Shown: in pieces, positions 1 through 9,002 of the stretch | Layout: every line of letters begins with the position of its first letter | Position numbering within the stretch: the stretch's first letter is position 1 | IMG/VR virus record: IMGVR_UViG_3300037225_000351 | Location: 4,123 to 68,122 of that record | Reading direction: 5' to 3' (one strand) | DNA length: 64,000 bases | From: a virus | The notes under the pieces: model-generated | The model's input: only the letters and a program-made list of their open reading frames with translations | Database searches by the model: none | What the model was told of the DNA's origin: nothing | Program-made: the position numbers and the translations under genes

Positions 1-335
1 ACTCCTGGTAATCCCATCTTATTTGCTTTACTCATAGCCCAGATGTGCGCATAAAACTCATTATCAACTTTTGAATTATTACATATAATTGCATGGCCTA
101 TTTCATGTAATATGATTGCTTTGAGGAAATTAGAATCTTTTTTAACTCCAAAGTATTTCCTATTTAAAGAAAGCTGACAGACTCTTACATTTGTATCGTC
201 TTTAGTCTGTGAGATTTTATTAGCACAAGGAACTCTACCGTCCATTTTTTCATATTTGACGAAAGGCAAGATTTCTAAGGTCTCATCTTGAATGATGTCC
301 CATAAGAAATCTATTACCTGTCTTTTATGAAACAT
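1..335 (-). CDS. HEXXH zinc metallopeptidase-like protein (ImmA/IrrE-like), runs off the window edge
   Basis: Not in the ORF track. Manual translation from ATG at 335 gives MFHKRQVIDF...AIILHEIGHAIICNNSKVDNEFYAHIWA, with HEXXH followed by a downstream Glu (ExxA). Confidence 0.6.
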   Translation of the reverse strand, partial: MFHKRQVIDFLWDIIQDETLEILPFVKYEKMDGRVPCANKISQTKDDTNVRVCQLSLNRKYFGVKKDSNFLKAIILHEIGHAIICNNSKVDNEFYAHIWAMSKANKMGLPG

Positions 336-737
336 CTATGTAGCTTTCTTTGATTTTATAGGTTTATTTCTTTTAATATTAATATAACCAAGTTCTTTTG
401 CATGTTTCTCGCACAGAGTCTTATACCATCCAAATCCTTCAGTAACTTTGGGCTTTCCTTTCTTCCCACATATCTCGCAGGTTATTGCAGAAAGCTGTTC
501 GTATTTATCTATAATCGCATAAATTTTATCAGTACATCCATTAGAATAAAATCGGCCAGACCCATATTTTTCTTTTAATTGAACAAATCTTACTTCTCTA
601 TTTTTATCAGTCAATGCAATCTCCTCGCACATTTTTTCAATTAAATCATCCCATCCAGTTTCAAATTCAAATCCTGGAAGTTTCATATACGAAAATCGTT
701 CTCTTATTAAATCTTCTTTTATTTTTTTAGTGCTCAT
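336..737 (-). CDS. Conserved phage hypothetical protein with C-terminal zinc-finger-like motif
   Basis: GWxxLI...QLKEKYGxxRFY...CEICG...TLCEKH pattern. Confidence 0.6.
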   Translation of the reverse strand: MSTKKIKEDLIRERFSYMKLPGFEFETGWDDLIEKMCEEIALTDKNREVRFVQLKEKYGSGRFYSNGCTDKIYAIIDKYEQLSAITCEICGKKGKPKVTEGFGWYKTLCEKHAKELGYINIKRNKPIKSKKAT

Positions 738-831
738 AATTTAAATTAAAGGCCACAAGAATCATAGAATTTCAAAGGAGTTAAAAACATTCTATTGATA
801 TGGTGTGGCCTTGTTTCCTTACAGATAAATG

Positions 832-981
832 TTAGTAAAGAATTCGACCGATCTGAGATTTTGAAAGATTAACTTTCTTTGCGAGACTGCGATGGCTGTA
901 CTTGCCTGTCTCGTAAAGATTCCTGATCTTGTCATTCCTCTTACACATCTGATCAAAACTCAATTTCTTCGCTTTACTCAT
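832..981 (-). CDS. Small helix-turn-helix DNA-binding protein (49 aa)
   Basis: Below the ORF-track cutoff. Translates to MSKAKKLSFDQMCKRNDKIRNLYETGKYSHRSLAKKVNLSKSQIGRILY, with an HTH pattern and an AGAGG RBS upstream. Confidence 0.65.
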   Translation of the reverse strand: MSKAKKLSFDQMCKRNDKIRNLYETGKYSHRSLAKKVNLSKSQIGRILY

Positions 982-1016
982 AAACTAAACCTCTTCTGTT
1001 AATTGTTAAAGGACGC

Positions 1017-1334
1017 TTACATTTCCAGAGTAGAATAAATTTTTACATTTAACTCTCTGGCTTTTTCTCGACAGACTTTGCATGGATCAATTTTTAAAAG
1101 TTTTCCATGAGCATTAACGCGACATATTAAAATTGATTTAAGATTCTTTCCACAAGATTTCATGATTTCCATTTCTGCATGAAGCCCACCCCCACGCCAA
1201 TTAAATCGATGCTTATTAAATGTGGTCTTTAAGATTCTACCATCACTTGAAATTCCTATTGCGCCAACCCGATATCTACAAATGGATTTCAAAGCTTTCT
1301 TCTTTACTGTCTCTATTATATTATCTTTAAACAT
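1017..1334 (-). CDS. Cytidine/deoxycytidylate deaminase-fold protein
   Basis: HAE and PCxxC zinc motifs (LHAEMEI...DPCKVC). Confidence 0.75.
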   Translation of the reverse strand: MFKDNIIETVKKKALKSICRYRVGAIGISSDGRILKTTFNKHRFNWRGGGLHAEMEIMKSCGKNLKSILICRVNAHGKLLKIDPCKVCREKARELNVKIYSTLEM

Positions 1335-1495
1335 CTTTAAGAACTTTCAGAACTTCTTCTTTTCCAAGTAACTTAAAGAATTTTTGAAGATCGAAATCAC
1401 CATGAAAATAAGAGTTGAGCATTTCTTTAATATCATAATTATTACAATCTGGTCTATAACAAACAAAGTCTCCATTTTCATCATACAATCTCATA

Positions 1496-1774
1496 TTAAT
1501 TTCTCCTCAAATGTCTTGTAAAAATAGATAGAACATACTCCCAGATTTTAATATTCTTTTGTCTTAGTGTGGTGTCAGTATTTTTATTGGATTTTTCTTT
1601 GTCTATATTTCCTTGGATGATATTGAGAGTGCTCTTTAAATTAATTTTCCCCATCATCATCAAAGAAATAATATTATCTAATTGTTTCTTTTCTGGGCTA
1701 GCTGGCATACTTGCGAAAAACTGCAATAGTTCTGTGAGAAGAATTTTAAACTGATTATTTTTGTTGCTGGCCAT
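1496..1774 (-). CDS. Hypothetical protein
   Basis: ORF on the coding strand within a tightly packed operon. Confidence 0.5.
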   Translation of the reverse strand: MASNKNNQFKILLTELLQFFASMPASPEKKQLDNIISLMMMGKINLKSTLNIIQGNIDKEKSNKNTDTTLRQKNIKIWEYVLSIFTRHLRRN

Positions 1775-1918
1775 GATCTTCTATTTTGCTTTCTTTGAAT
1801 CTGGAATTAGCTATTTTCTTTCTAATTTGTTCTCTCTTATCTTGGAAATCTTCCTCTGATTCTATAAGATTTTCTATATCTGCAATGTTTAACTTCGGCA
1901 TCTAATTCCTTCTAATAA

Positions 1919-1947
1919 AGTATAATGTTTTTTTGGAGTAATGTCAA
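1919..1947 (-). promoter_or_regulatory. Sigma70-type early promoter, copy 1 of 9
   Basis: TTGACA-N17-TATACT with AAACAT immediately before the -10. Confidence 0.85.
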
Positions 1948-1964
1948 GATATTTCTTTTATTTA

Positions 1965-2210
1965 TTAAAGTAATTCTGAAGAGTGATCAGAAGAAGTAAC
2001 TGGTTTTGTATTGGTTTTTCCATAGTCATTGCAATAAAATCCAGCACCTATGAAATTTAACCTTACATTTTTATTTAAAGAAAATTGAGGTTCCATCTTA
2101 CCTTTTTGGCATTTGGGGCAGACATTAGGAACTTTCATAGCTGTTGGGGCAGAAAGTCCCACCATGTATTCATCTATAAATCCACACATAGAACACTTGT
2201 AGTCAATCAT
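1965..2210 (-). CDS. FmdB-family zinc-ribbon protein
   Basis: YxCxxCG...CPKC...FxGxGFYxNDY signature. Confidence 0.75.
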   Translation of the reverse strand: MIDYKCSMCGFIDEYMVGLSAPTAMKVPNVCPKCQKGKMEPQFSLNKNVRLNFIGAGFYCNDYGKTNTKPVTSSDHSSELL

Positions 2211-2563
2211 TTTTCTACTTTCAATTGTACTTTAAGTTTTTTAATAGTTTCTTCAATGTCTTTGAATTCTTTGAGAACTCCGGCTTTGATGAATTTGGAG
2301 GTTGCTTGCAGTTCTTTAACAGATCCTTTAAGACTCTCTACTTCACCTTTTACTGAGCTACTTGTCTGGGCTGCCTTTGATAGAATTCCTGCACTCTCTG
2401 CAAGTTTTTTATTATTAACTTCGATCTTCTCGTAGATTTTTTGACATAAATCCACAAATTTTAAAATCAATTCCTCAAAGGCAATACGATTCCGTCGAAG
2501 GGCTAATAGTTCTATTGTAAGCCATATGAGAATGATAGATTGTGCTATTAGTAAGATTGTCAT
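2207..2563 (-). CDS. Membrane-anchored coiled-coil protein
   Basis: N-terminal hydrophobic helix followed by a heptad-like region. Confidence 0.5.
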   Translation of the reverse strand: MTILLIAQSIILIWLTIELLALRRNRIAFEELILKFVDLCQKIYEKIEVNNKKLAESAGILSKAAQTSSSVKGEVESLKGSVKELQATSKFIKAGVLKEFKDIEETIKKLKVQLKVEK

Positions 2564-2949
2564 TTATCTTCTTTCTTTGAGTTTTCTTTGAGGAAGGTTC
2601 CAAATTTATCGTTCCACTCCTGCATTTTTTCTTTATCTGAGAAAAATTGAAAAACATTTTGATCAATTTCGGTTCTTAAATTCTCGTAGGTTCCTATTAG
2701 CATCGATGAACCGCCCTCAACCCATATCTTATATAATCCCATTTGCACCATGAAAAATCCTTGGTTTAATCCCATTTTAAAAGAAGGTAGGTCGATATTT
2801 GAGGTTTGTGTGTCGGCATCTGATAGGTCATTTTCTGGTGTATATGGGTTATTTAATGGTAAGACAACTATTTTTAGAAAGACATATAAGAAGACTAAGG
2901 CAATCAATCCTAGAACTAACATTCCTGCAATAACCATCAATGTTTGCAT
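2560..2949 (-). CDS. Membrane-anchored hypothetical protein
   Basis: N-terminal transmembrane segment; GAGG RBS. Confidence 0.55.
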   Translation of the reverse strand: MQTLMVIAGMLVLGLIALVFLYVFLKIVVLPLNNPYTPENDLSDADTQTSNIDLPSFKMGLNQGFFMVQMGLYKIWVEGGSSMLIGTYENLRTEIDQNVFQFFSDKEKMQEWNDKFGTFLKENSKKEDK

Positions 2950-2974
2950 AATGACAATCTACCTCTTTAAATAA

Positions 2975-3253
2975 TTAGATATTTTCGATACCTAAAAGAA
3001 TTCTAAAAGATTTAATTGATCCCTCAAAAATCGGATTGGTCTGCAAGGTTCTAATCAAATTACTCTTAGAAATCGCGTCTGTTGCTTTCATGTTTTTCAT
3101 TAATTCATCTTCAATCTCAACTTTTTTAGCGTCAGAAAGATCACTAAATTTAATAATCACTACAAGGTCCTCTTCTATAGGAGCATCTCCAACATTACTA
3201 TCTACAGGAACATCGGCTTCTATAATCTTTGAAATGTCTTCAAGGTGCGTCAT
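2975..3253 (-). CDS. Hypothetical protein, probably late-expressed
   Basis: Lies in the operon downstream of the late promoter at 4342. Confidence 0.5.
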   Translation of the reverse strand: MTHLEDISKIIEADVPVDSNVGDAPIEEDLVVIIKFSDLSDAKKVEIEDELMKNMKATDAISKSNLIRTLQTNPIFEGSIKSFRILLGIENI

Positions 3254-3255
3254 GA

Positions 3256-3558
3256 TTAATCCTTTTTCTTAATTAAATAATCTTCCATTTTTTTAGAATT
3301 TGATTCTACTGGAACTTCTTCTTTAACTGATACCATAGCTACAAGTACTGTAATTTCCTTGCACGCATCTCCGAGAACTGCTTTGAGTTTGTTGAGTTGT
3401 GAGAGAACATTAATATTACCTGTCTCAATAACACTATCTAATTCCTGAAATTTAGCAACGTCCTGCAAGCTTCCTTCGATATCTTTACAGAGTTTCTCGA
3501 ATTTTCCTGCAAGCTGTTTTGTTTCAGATTCACATAATAGATAATTACTTAATCCCAT
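3256..3558 (-). CDS. Hypothetical protein, probably late-expressed
   Basis: Packed ORF in the same operon; N-terminus YLLCES resembles a head-protease site. Confidence 0.5.
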   Translation of the reverse strand: MGLSNYLLCESETKQLAGKFEKLCKDIEGSLQDVAKFQELDSVIETGNINVLSQLNKLKAVLGDACKEITVLVAMVSVKEEVPVESNSKKMEDYLIKKKD

Positions 3559-3899
3559 AATATTTCTCCTATTGCATTAGATTGTTTATTGGTTGTATCT
3601 ATTTTAAAATTTTCTTGTATTGTCTTAAAGGAATTCTCATCATCAAAGTAAATTATAGAATCTTCATTATCTGATTCTTCTTTGAATTTATTGAGAAGAA
3701 TTATATAACTTCCTTCTATTAAGTATTTATAACCATAGCCCCAATCATTCTTATATTCCTCTATCTCGATAATATATTTATAATCCTTAGAGAATTCTTC
3801 TACAAGACTATCAAATTGGGATTCTTTGATTTTAATATAACCAGATTTCCCTTTAATAGGAGATGTTGGTTTATTAAAATAGAATCCAAGGAAATTCAT
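3549..3899 (-). CDS. Hypothetical protein
   Basis: Packed ORF on the coding strand. Confidence 0.5.
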   Translation of the reverse strand: MNFLGFYFNKPTSPIKGKSGYIKIKESQFDSLVEEFSKDYKYIIEIEEYKNDWGYGYKYLIEGSYIILLNKFKEESDNEDSIIYFDDENSFKTIQENFKIDTTNKQSNAIGEILWD

Positions 3900-3900
3900 A

Positions 3901-4323
3901 TTACTCTTTCTTTTGATCGCGGTCCTTATAGAGAGCTACAATATCATTCTCTGAGAAAATCACAAACGAGTCACCGGGAACTGCTTTACCATCTATAATT
4001 TCATCTTTCTCTTTAAGCTCATACCATTTACCATTAAAGACAAGACAAATATCTCCCGGATGCACTTCATTAGGAACTATACCATTATGACTCATTGTTC
4101 CTCTACCTACTCGAATTGCAGTCACAGTAATATAAGGATCTTTACCTCCAAGAATATCATTTGGAAGAATCAAACCACTTTTAAGTATCTTCTCTTTCCT
4201 TGGATCATTAATAATCTTTCCTATGATCCTGTTGCCTGTAGGAATATAAGATGTAATTCCTTCGATTGTCTGTTTATCATCTGCAAAAATAATAGAATCT
4301 CCACTTGGATCTGAAACTGACAT
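3901..4323 (-). CDS. groES: GroES/Cpn10 co-chaperonin (functional analogue of T4 gp31)
   Basis: PTGNRII...KSGLILP mobile loop, VGRG, VxPGD and SENDIVA motifs. Confidence 0.85.
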   Translation of the reverse strand: MSVSDPSGDSIIFADDKQTIEGITSYIPTGNRIIGKIINDPRKEKILKSGLILPNDILGGKDPYITVTAIRVGRGTMSHNGIVPNEVHPGDICLVFNGKWYELKEKDEIIDGKAVPGDSFVIFSENDIVALYKDRDQKKE

Positions 4324-4341
4324 GATAGTCTCCTATGTTAG

Positions 4342-4349
4342 TATTTATA
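4342..4349 (-). promoter_or_regulatory. T4-type late promoter
   Basis: TATAAATA followed by CTAA and an AGGAG RBS for groES. Confidence 0.75.
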
Positions 4350-5010
4350 ATTTTTCTATGTCTTTAATGATTGAATGAACAGATTGTCTGAGTAATTCTA
4401 AATCTCCATCATTCTGTACAATATAATCAAACCACTCATAGTTATCTAATGCGGTTTCTGATAGATGATTTGATTTCTCTTTTGTTATTCTTTCCATTTT
4501 AACTGATATAACTGTGCGGTCTTCTACAAGTTTCTGAGGAAGATCAATTTCATTTGGGAACCTTACATCAGTTACTATGACAAATTTCTCTGAGTAATCT
4601 TTGAGTTTTTTGAGGAATTCTTTGATCCAGAAATTGTCATCAACATACTTCCTAAAAAGATTGGTTCCTACTACTTGTAAAATTAAACGAGTTATATCAT
4701 TCTTATCCTCAAACCAATTCTCATCTTTAGTATGTATCTTATTGACAACTTTATTGATTTTCCTTTTCACAGTATCAAATCTTACATCATCATAGATAGG
4801 CACATTTGCTTTGACTTCTTCTGCAAAATGATTTAAATAATCTGTGAGAACTATGAATTCCTTAGAGCAGATTTCTTTGAGAACTGCGGCGAATGCATCT
4901 AACTTGACAGAATATCCTTTTATATCACATTCCCTTTGAAACATCTCAGCGAATGTATTCTTCCCTGTCCTCATCTTTCCTGCAACTAAAATCAAATATT
5001 TCTTATCCAT
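4345..5010 (-). CDS. gp1: Deoxynucleoside monophosphate kinase (T4 gp1-like)
   Basis: P-loop GKMRTGKNT, AFAxxLK, RxILQxxGT, DVRFPNE and HLSE. Start placed at MDKKY. Confidence 0.85.
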   Translation of the reverse strand: MDKKYLILVAGKMRTGKNTFAEMFQRECDIKGYSVKLDAFAAVLKEICSKEFIVLTDYLNHFAEEVKANVPIYDDVRFDTVKRKINKVVNKIHTKDENWFEDKNDITRLILQVVGTNLFRKYVDDNFWIKEFLKKLKDYSEKFVIVTDVRFPNEIDLPQKLVEDRTVISVKMERITKEKSNHLSETALDNYEWFDYIVQNDGDLELLRQSVHSIIKDIEKL

Positions 5011-5188
5011 TGGTTGTTGTCTCATTTAAAAGAACAGGAGAAACATCTGTATAATCAGTTCCCAAAACTCCTCTTACATGGCCTTCTACGATGATTACTT
5101 TTTCACATTTGCAGTGATTTGTAGTGCCCTCAAATACTGTTATAATTTCGCCGCAATGCAAACATTTAATCTTTTTTTGAATATTCAT
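5003..5188 (-). CDS. Small zinc-ribbon protein
   Basis: KCLHCG...CKC motif. Confidence 0.5.
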   Translation of the reverse strand: MNIQKKIKCLHCGEIITVFEGTTNHCKCEKVIIVEGHVRGVLGTDYTDVSPVLLNETTTNG

Positions 5189-5280
5189 TTGATTTCCTTT
5201 TTAGATATAATTGTTCATTTTCTACTTTTTTAGTCTTTGAAAACATATCATCTTTAAGTTTTTTAGGCTTACGACCGAAG

Positions 5281-5682
5281 TTATTCTGCATATGAGTAAC
5301 TCCCATCTTGGTCTTTGTAGATGTTTAAGATTTCCTTACATTCTTTCTCATCCATCATACTTATATATTCGTCTATTTTCCTCAAATTAATACCAAAATG
5401 CTTTGCGAGTATCTTCTTCTCCTCAAAATTAAAGTCCTTTTCTTTTTTGATATACTTAAAGAATATATTTTGTTGGGGGAGAATAGACTTATAGTAATTA
5501 TAATGTTGTTCCTTGGGAATCTCATAGAAATTTATTTGAGCACATATCAGTAAGAATACATCAACCATTGAAATAAATCTGTTGATCATAAAAGTATCAT
5601 AGGCTTTTAGAACTTCAGGATCTAAGAAATCAAGATCTTTCTTTGGATCTGTTATTGCTTTAAGGCAATCAAATAAGGTCAT
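5281..5682 (-). CDS. gp62: Clamp loader small subunit (gp62-like)
   Basis: LFDxLKAI...YxxFMINRFIS...QHYxY...FFKYIKK pattern; near gp44 and gp45. Confidence 0.8.
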   Translation of the reverse strand: MTLFDCLKAITDPKKDLDFLDPEVLKAYDTFMINRFISMVDVFLLICAQINFYEIPKEQHYNYYKSILPQQNIFFKYIKKEKDFNFEEKKILAKHFGINLRKIDEYISMMDEKECKEILNIYKDQDGSYSYAE

Positions 5683-5846
5683 ATTATTTCTTTATAGCTT
5701 GCCAACAATGAAATCTTTTACACCAATCCAATCTGTCTTTGGTCTTTTTCAATATCTTACATTTTCCTGTATCTTTACCTTTATATTCTTTAAAGAACAT
5801 ACAAAAATCACAAAGAGGATCTCTACAATTAGGACATTTAACCATC

Positions 5847-6182
5847 TTACTCCTCGATCACCTTAAGTAAATCATTCAAATTTTTAATCTTTTTAAATCT
5901 TTTCCAGGTACTTGCCTTTGCTGCCATTCCTTTTTCTCCCATTCCGTCTTCATAACAATACCAAGAAAGCCACGATTCAACATCCTCTGCATCTTTATCT
6001 CCTGCTAAAATTACTGCGATTGCTTTAGTATAAACTTCAAACATCTTATACGAAGCATCAAAGATATCGCTCTCACATATATCACATCCCAAAGCAGCAG
6101 CCAAAGCATCATATGATACATCTAAGTTCTTATATGCTACGGCCCACTCTGTTAGTAATGCGATTTTTTCTTTCTTTTCCAT
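5847..6182 (-). CDS. Hypothetical protein
   Basis: Packed ORF containing WLSWYCYE. Confidence 0.55.
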   Translation of the reverse strand: MEKKEKIALLTEWAVAYKNLDVSYDALAAALGCDICESDIFDASYKMFEVYTKAIAVILAGDKDAEDVESWLSWYCYEDGMGEKGMAAKASTWKRFKKIKNLNDLLKVIEE

Positions 6183-6186
6183 TTAA

Positions 6187-6393
6187 TTACTTTACCTCTC
6201 GGATTAATAGATTAAGGAAATTTTTAGCTGCTTGATTAGAGATTTCATGTAATTTCTTTCTTGAATCTCTACTTTTCTGTCTATAGGCTTCATCTTGAAA
6301 AGCTACCGCAATATTAGCTTGATAAGAATAATAGTATCCTTGATCTTCTCTCAGTGCCTTACATAATGTTTCTGCTGCTTTTTGAATTTTCAT
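6187..6393 (-). CDS. Hypothetical protein
   Basis: YQANIAVAFQDE...AAKNFL pattern; GGAG RBS. Confidence 0.55.
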   Translation of the reverse strand: MKIQKAAETLCKALREDQGYYYSYQANIAVAFQDEAYRQKSRDSRKKLHEISNQAAKNFLNLLIREVK

Positions 6394-6721
6394 TTGTTAG
6401 ATCTCCTTTAATATTGTTTGGTTTTAAAATGATAACAGAAGTCAATAAATTTCCCGTGCTTTCTTCATAATCTTTTGCTGCCCTAATCCATTCACTCGGA
6501 GCATTATCATACAATTCTCCAAGATTAAATTCTAAATAACCATCGCTACATTTATCTTCATTTATAATATCTTGACAAACATCACAAAGATAAGTTCTAA
6601 ACCAAGTTCCACTGTCAACTACTTCATTTCTATGCGCTCTTGATCCTTTTGGAATAATACCAGCACATCCAAAACACTGATGATTTTTCTTTGTCTTTAC
6701 TGTTTTAAACCAATTATTCAT
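6359..6721 (-). CDS. Zinc-binding hypothetical protein
   Basis: HxCxxC...CxxC motif. Confidence 0.55.
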   Translation of the reverse strand: MNNWFKTVKTKKNHQCFGCAGIIPKGSRAHRNEVVDSGTWFRTYLCDVCQDIINEDKCSDGYLEFNLGELYDNAPSEWIRAAKDYEESTGNLLTSVIILKPNNIKGDLTNENSKSSRNIM

Positions 6722-7539
6722 TATATTTCAATTTCTATTATTTCTGATTGTTTATTTATATCGGGAGTTATTACATTATTCTTTTCTCTCCAAGCTTTAA
6801 TGCTCTCATAAGTCACAGGAAATTCGATTCCTTTATTTTTCCACTTAGCAATAAACTTATCCCTCTCTGTCTTCCATTCTTCATTCTCGTTGCTCTTACC
6901 CTCAGATTTATGATAGACAAGGATATCAGCTACTCCTATCTTAAATCCCTTTGTTAAAAAACTCATACATAAATCTAAGTCATAAAAGTGGTTTCCTACG
7001 TATGTCTGTGTGTCAATTTCAATTCCTCCTGCTCTCAGATATTTTCCGAGAGTAATCAAGCACATGCCATCAACTGCTACGAGATCATCGAAATATCCAA
7101 CTAATCCTTTAATTAAATGAAACCCATCTCCTGGGGATTTATCTTTAGAGCCTTGGATTAGATGTCCTCGTAGATTATTTGAGGAATTTTCCCACCAACA
7201 AGCAGATTCTTTAAGTTCTTTAGTTCCTACAAATCCTAAAAGGGCTATATCTTTCTCTGAGAATACTAACTCTACTTTTTCTCGGAAATGATTATCTAAG
7301 AAGTTTGTGTCATTGTGTGAGAGAATTATTATATCGTCGTCTTTTAATTCGTTATTTTTAAGTGCTTTGATTCCTCTTGCATACTTATGAGATATTGTAT
7401 TTGGTTCAGTAACATCATCAACACAATTAAATACTCTCACAGGAAATTTTAGAGAATTAATACCATGTAATACTATATTATTAAAAATTGGTTCGTCGCC
7501 AGAAACTCTTGGTATTATTATTTTCCAATCTCTATTCAT
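6721..7539 (-). CDS. GT-A fold glycosyltransferase (family 2-like)
   Basis: SHND (DxD-like), AVDGMCL, HFYDLDLC and VYHKSxG motifs. Confidence 0.8.
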   Translation of the reverse strand: MNRDWKIIIPRVSGDEPIFNNIVLHGINSLKFPVRVFNCVDDVTEPNTISHKYARGIKALKNNELKDDDIIILSHNDTNFLDNHFREKVELVFSEKDIALLGFVGTKELKESACWWENSSNNLRGHLIQGSKDKSPGDGFHLIKGLVGYFDDLVAVDGMCLITLGKYLRAGGIEIDTQTYVGNHFYDLDLCMSFLTKGFKIGVADILVYHKSEGKSNENEEWKTERDKFIAKWKNKGIEFPVTYESIKAWREKNNVITPDINKQSEIIEIEI

Positions 7540-7540
7540 T

Positions 7541-8056
7541 TTATTTTCCTATTTGTTCTTCGGGAAAATTAAGACATGCAAATTTCCCAAAATACTGTTT
7601 AGATGCTTTATCGTATGCTCTAGCTGCTTCTTCTGAGGATAAATAATATCCTATCGAAACTCGTTTTCCATTATAAGTGTACCTTGCTTGAAATTTATTA
7701 TTGTGTTTTGTTACGCCCTTATATCTACTTAAATTGTCTTTACGAATTTTTTGATTCATGTGATTGTGTATTTTATCTGTTATTCTCAAATTTTCTCTTG
7801 TATTATTTAATCCATTATGGTCCCTATGATCTACATTTTCTCCTTTAAAAGTATCTGATTTCATAATAAAAACATGCATATATAGATTTTTCCACTTTCC
7901 ACTTTCTACTTTTATAGTTCTTTTACTATAAAAATTTTCGGAGCGAGGATTATAAGTAACGCTCCATTTCCATTGTATTACTCTATCATAATCTTCATCA
8001 TCTAATAATACTATCTTTCTGCCATGTGTCTTAGAATCTATTATCAGTTCTTTCAT
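7541..8056 (-). CDS. HNH homing endonuclease with AP2 domain
   Basis: LLDDEDY, MHxFIM, VDHRDHNGLNNTRENLR, SRYKGV and EEAARAYD...FGxFAxLNFP. Confidence 0.9.
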   Translation of the reverse strand: MKELIIDSKTHGRKIVLLDDEDYDRVIQWKWSVTYNPRSENFYSKRTIKVESGKWKNLYMHVFIMKSDTFKGENVDHRDHNGLNNTRENLRITDKIHNHMNQKIRKDNLSRYKGVTKHNNKFQARYTYNGKRVSIGYYLSSEEAARAYDKASKQYFGKFACLNFPEEQIGK

Positions 8057-8057
8057 A

Positions 8058-9002
8058 TTATTTATTCCTTAGTATCATTAACTCATAAAGAGCGGCTGCA
8101 AGTTGTAATTCTTTATCTATTGCTTTATCCGAGCGATAACTATAATGGGCAAGAGTAATGGTTGCCTCTGGTTGTTTCGACTTATCAAAAGTTGGGATTA
8201 ACTTCTTATAAAAAAAAGTATACCATTCATTATAGTTAATATTACTGTTAATTATAAATTCCCTCGCAAGATTGAATTTGTTGGTAGTTATTAAATTAAT
8301 TATCTCATCATTAATTTCAACTGCTTTAAGAACACCAGAGTCAATCAAACCATGTTCTTTAAAATAATTTTGGCAGACACTCAACATTTTCCTAACAGAA
8401 GGATAGTGCTTGATAATCAAAGGTACTATAACTGATTCATCATAATTTACTTTCTCATTCTTAAGATAAAGATTAATTCTCTTTTCTATCTTTGGTACCA
8501 TTTCCTCTTTGTTTTTAGAATATAATTCTCCAAAGTTAACAAGATGAAACCTGTCCATCACGGGTTGTTGTATTTGTGCTATTGAATTACAGGTCACGAC
8601 AAACCTACAAAGGTCTTGGAAGTCCTCTACGCACCCTCTCAAAGCGGTTTGAAACGCAGTAGATAAGCCCTCGCACTCGTCTAACAATATAATCTTCTTT
8701 GTTCCCTCTTCAAAGGTCGCACAGGAAGCAAACGACACAATTTTATCTCTTAGAATATCAATCCCGTTCTCTAAGGAAGCATTTATAACAAGATTATCAC
8801 ATCCTATATCATTAATCAAACACTTTGCTAAACTACTCTTTCCTGTTCCTGGACTTAGAGAATACAGAATAAGATTAGGTATTTCTCTTTCTGTGATCAT
8901 CTTTGAGAAATAGGTCTTAGTTGTCTTTGGCAGAATTATTTCGCTCATTGTATTCGGACGATATTTCTCGGTCCAGATCGAATATGCAAGTCTTTTATCC
9001 AT
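8058..9002 (-). CDS. gp44: Clamp loader AAA+ subunit (gp44-like)
   Basis: WTEKYRP, PGTGKS, INAS, LLDE and ALRG motifs. Confidence 0.92.
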   Translation of the reverse strand: MDKRLAYSIWTEKYRPNTMSEIILPKTTKTYFSKMITEREIPNLILYSLSPGTGKSSLAKCLINDIGCDNLVINASLENGIDILRDKIVSFASCATFEEGTKKIILLDECEGLSTAFQTALRGCVEDFQDLCRFVVTCNSIAQIQQPVMDRFHLVNFGELYSKNKEEMVPKIEKRINLYLKNEKVNYDESVIVPLIIKHYPSVRKMLSVCQNYFKEHGLIDSGVLKAVEINDEIINLITTNKFNLAREFIINSNINYNEWYTFFYKKLIPTFDKSKQPEATITLAHYSYRSDKAIDKELQLAAALYELMILRNK

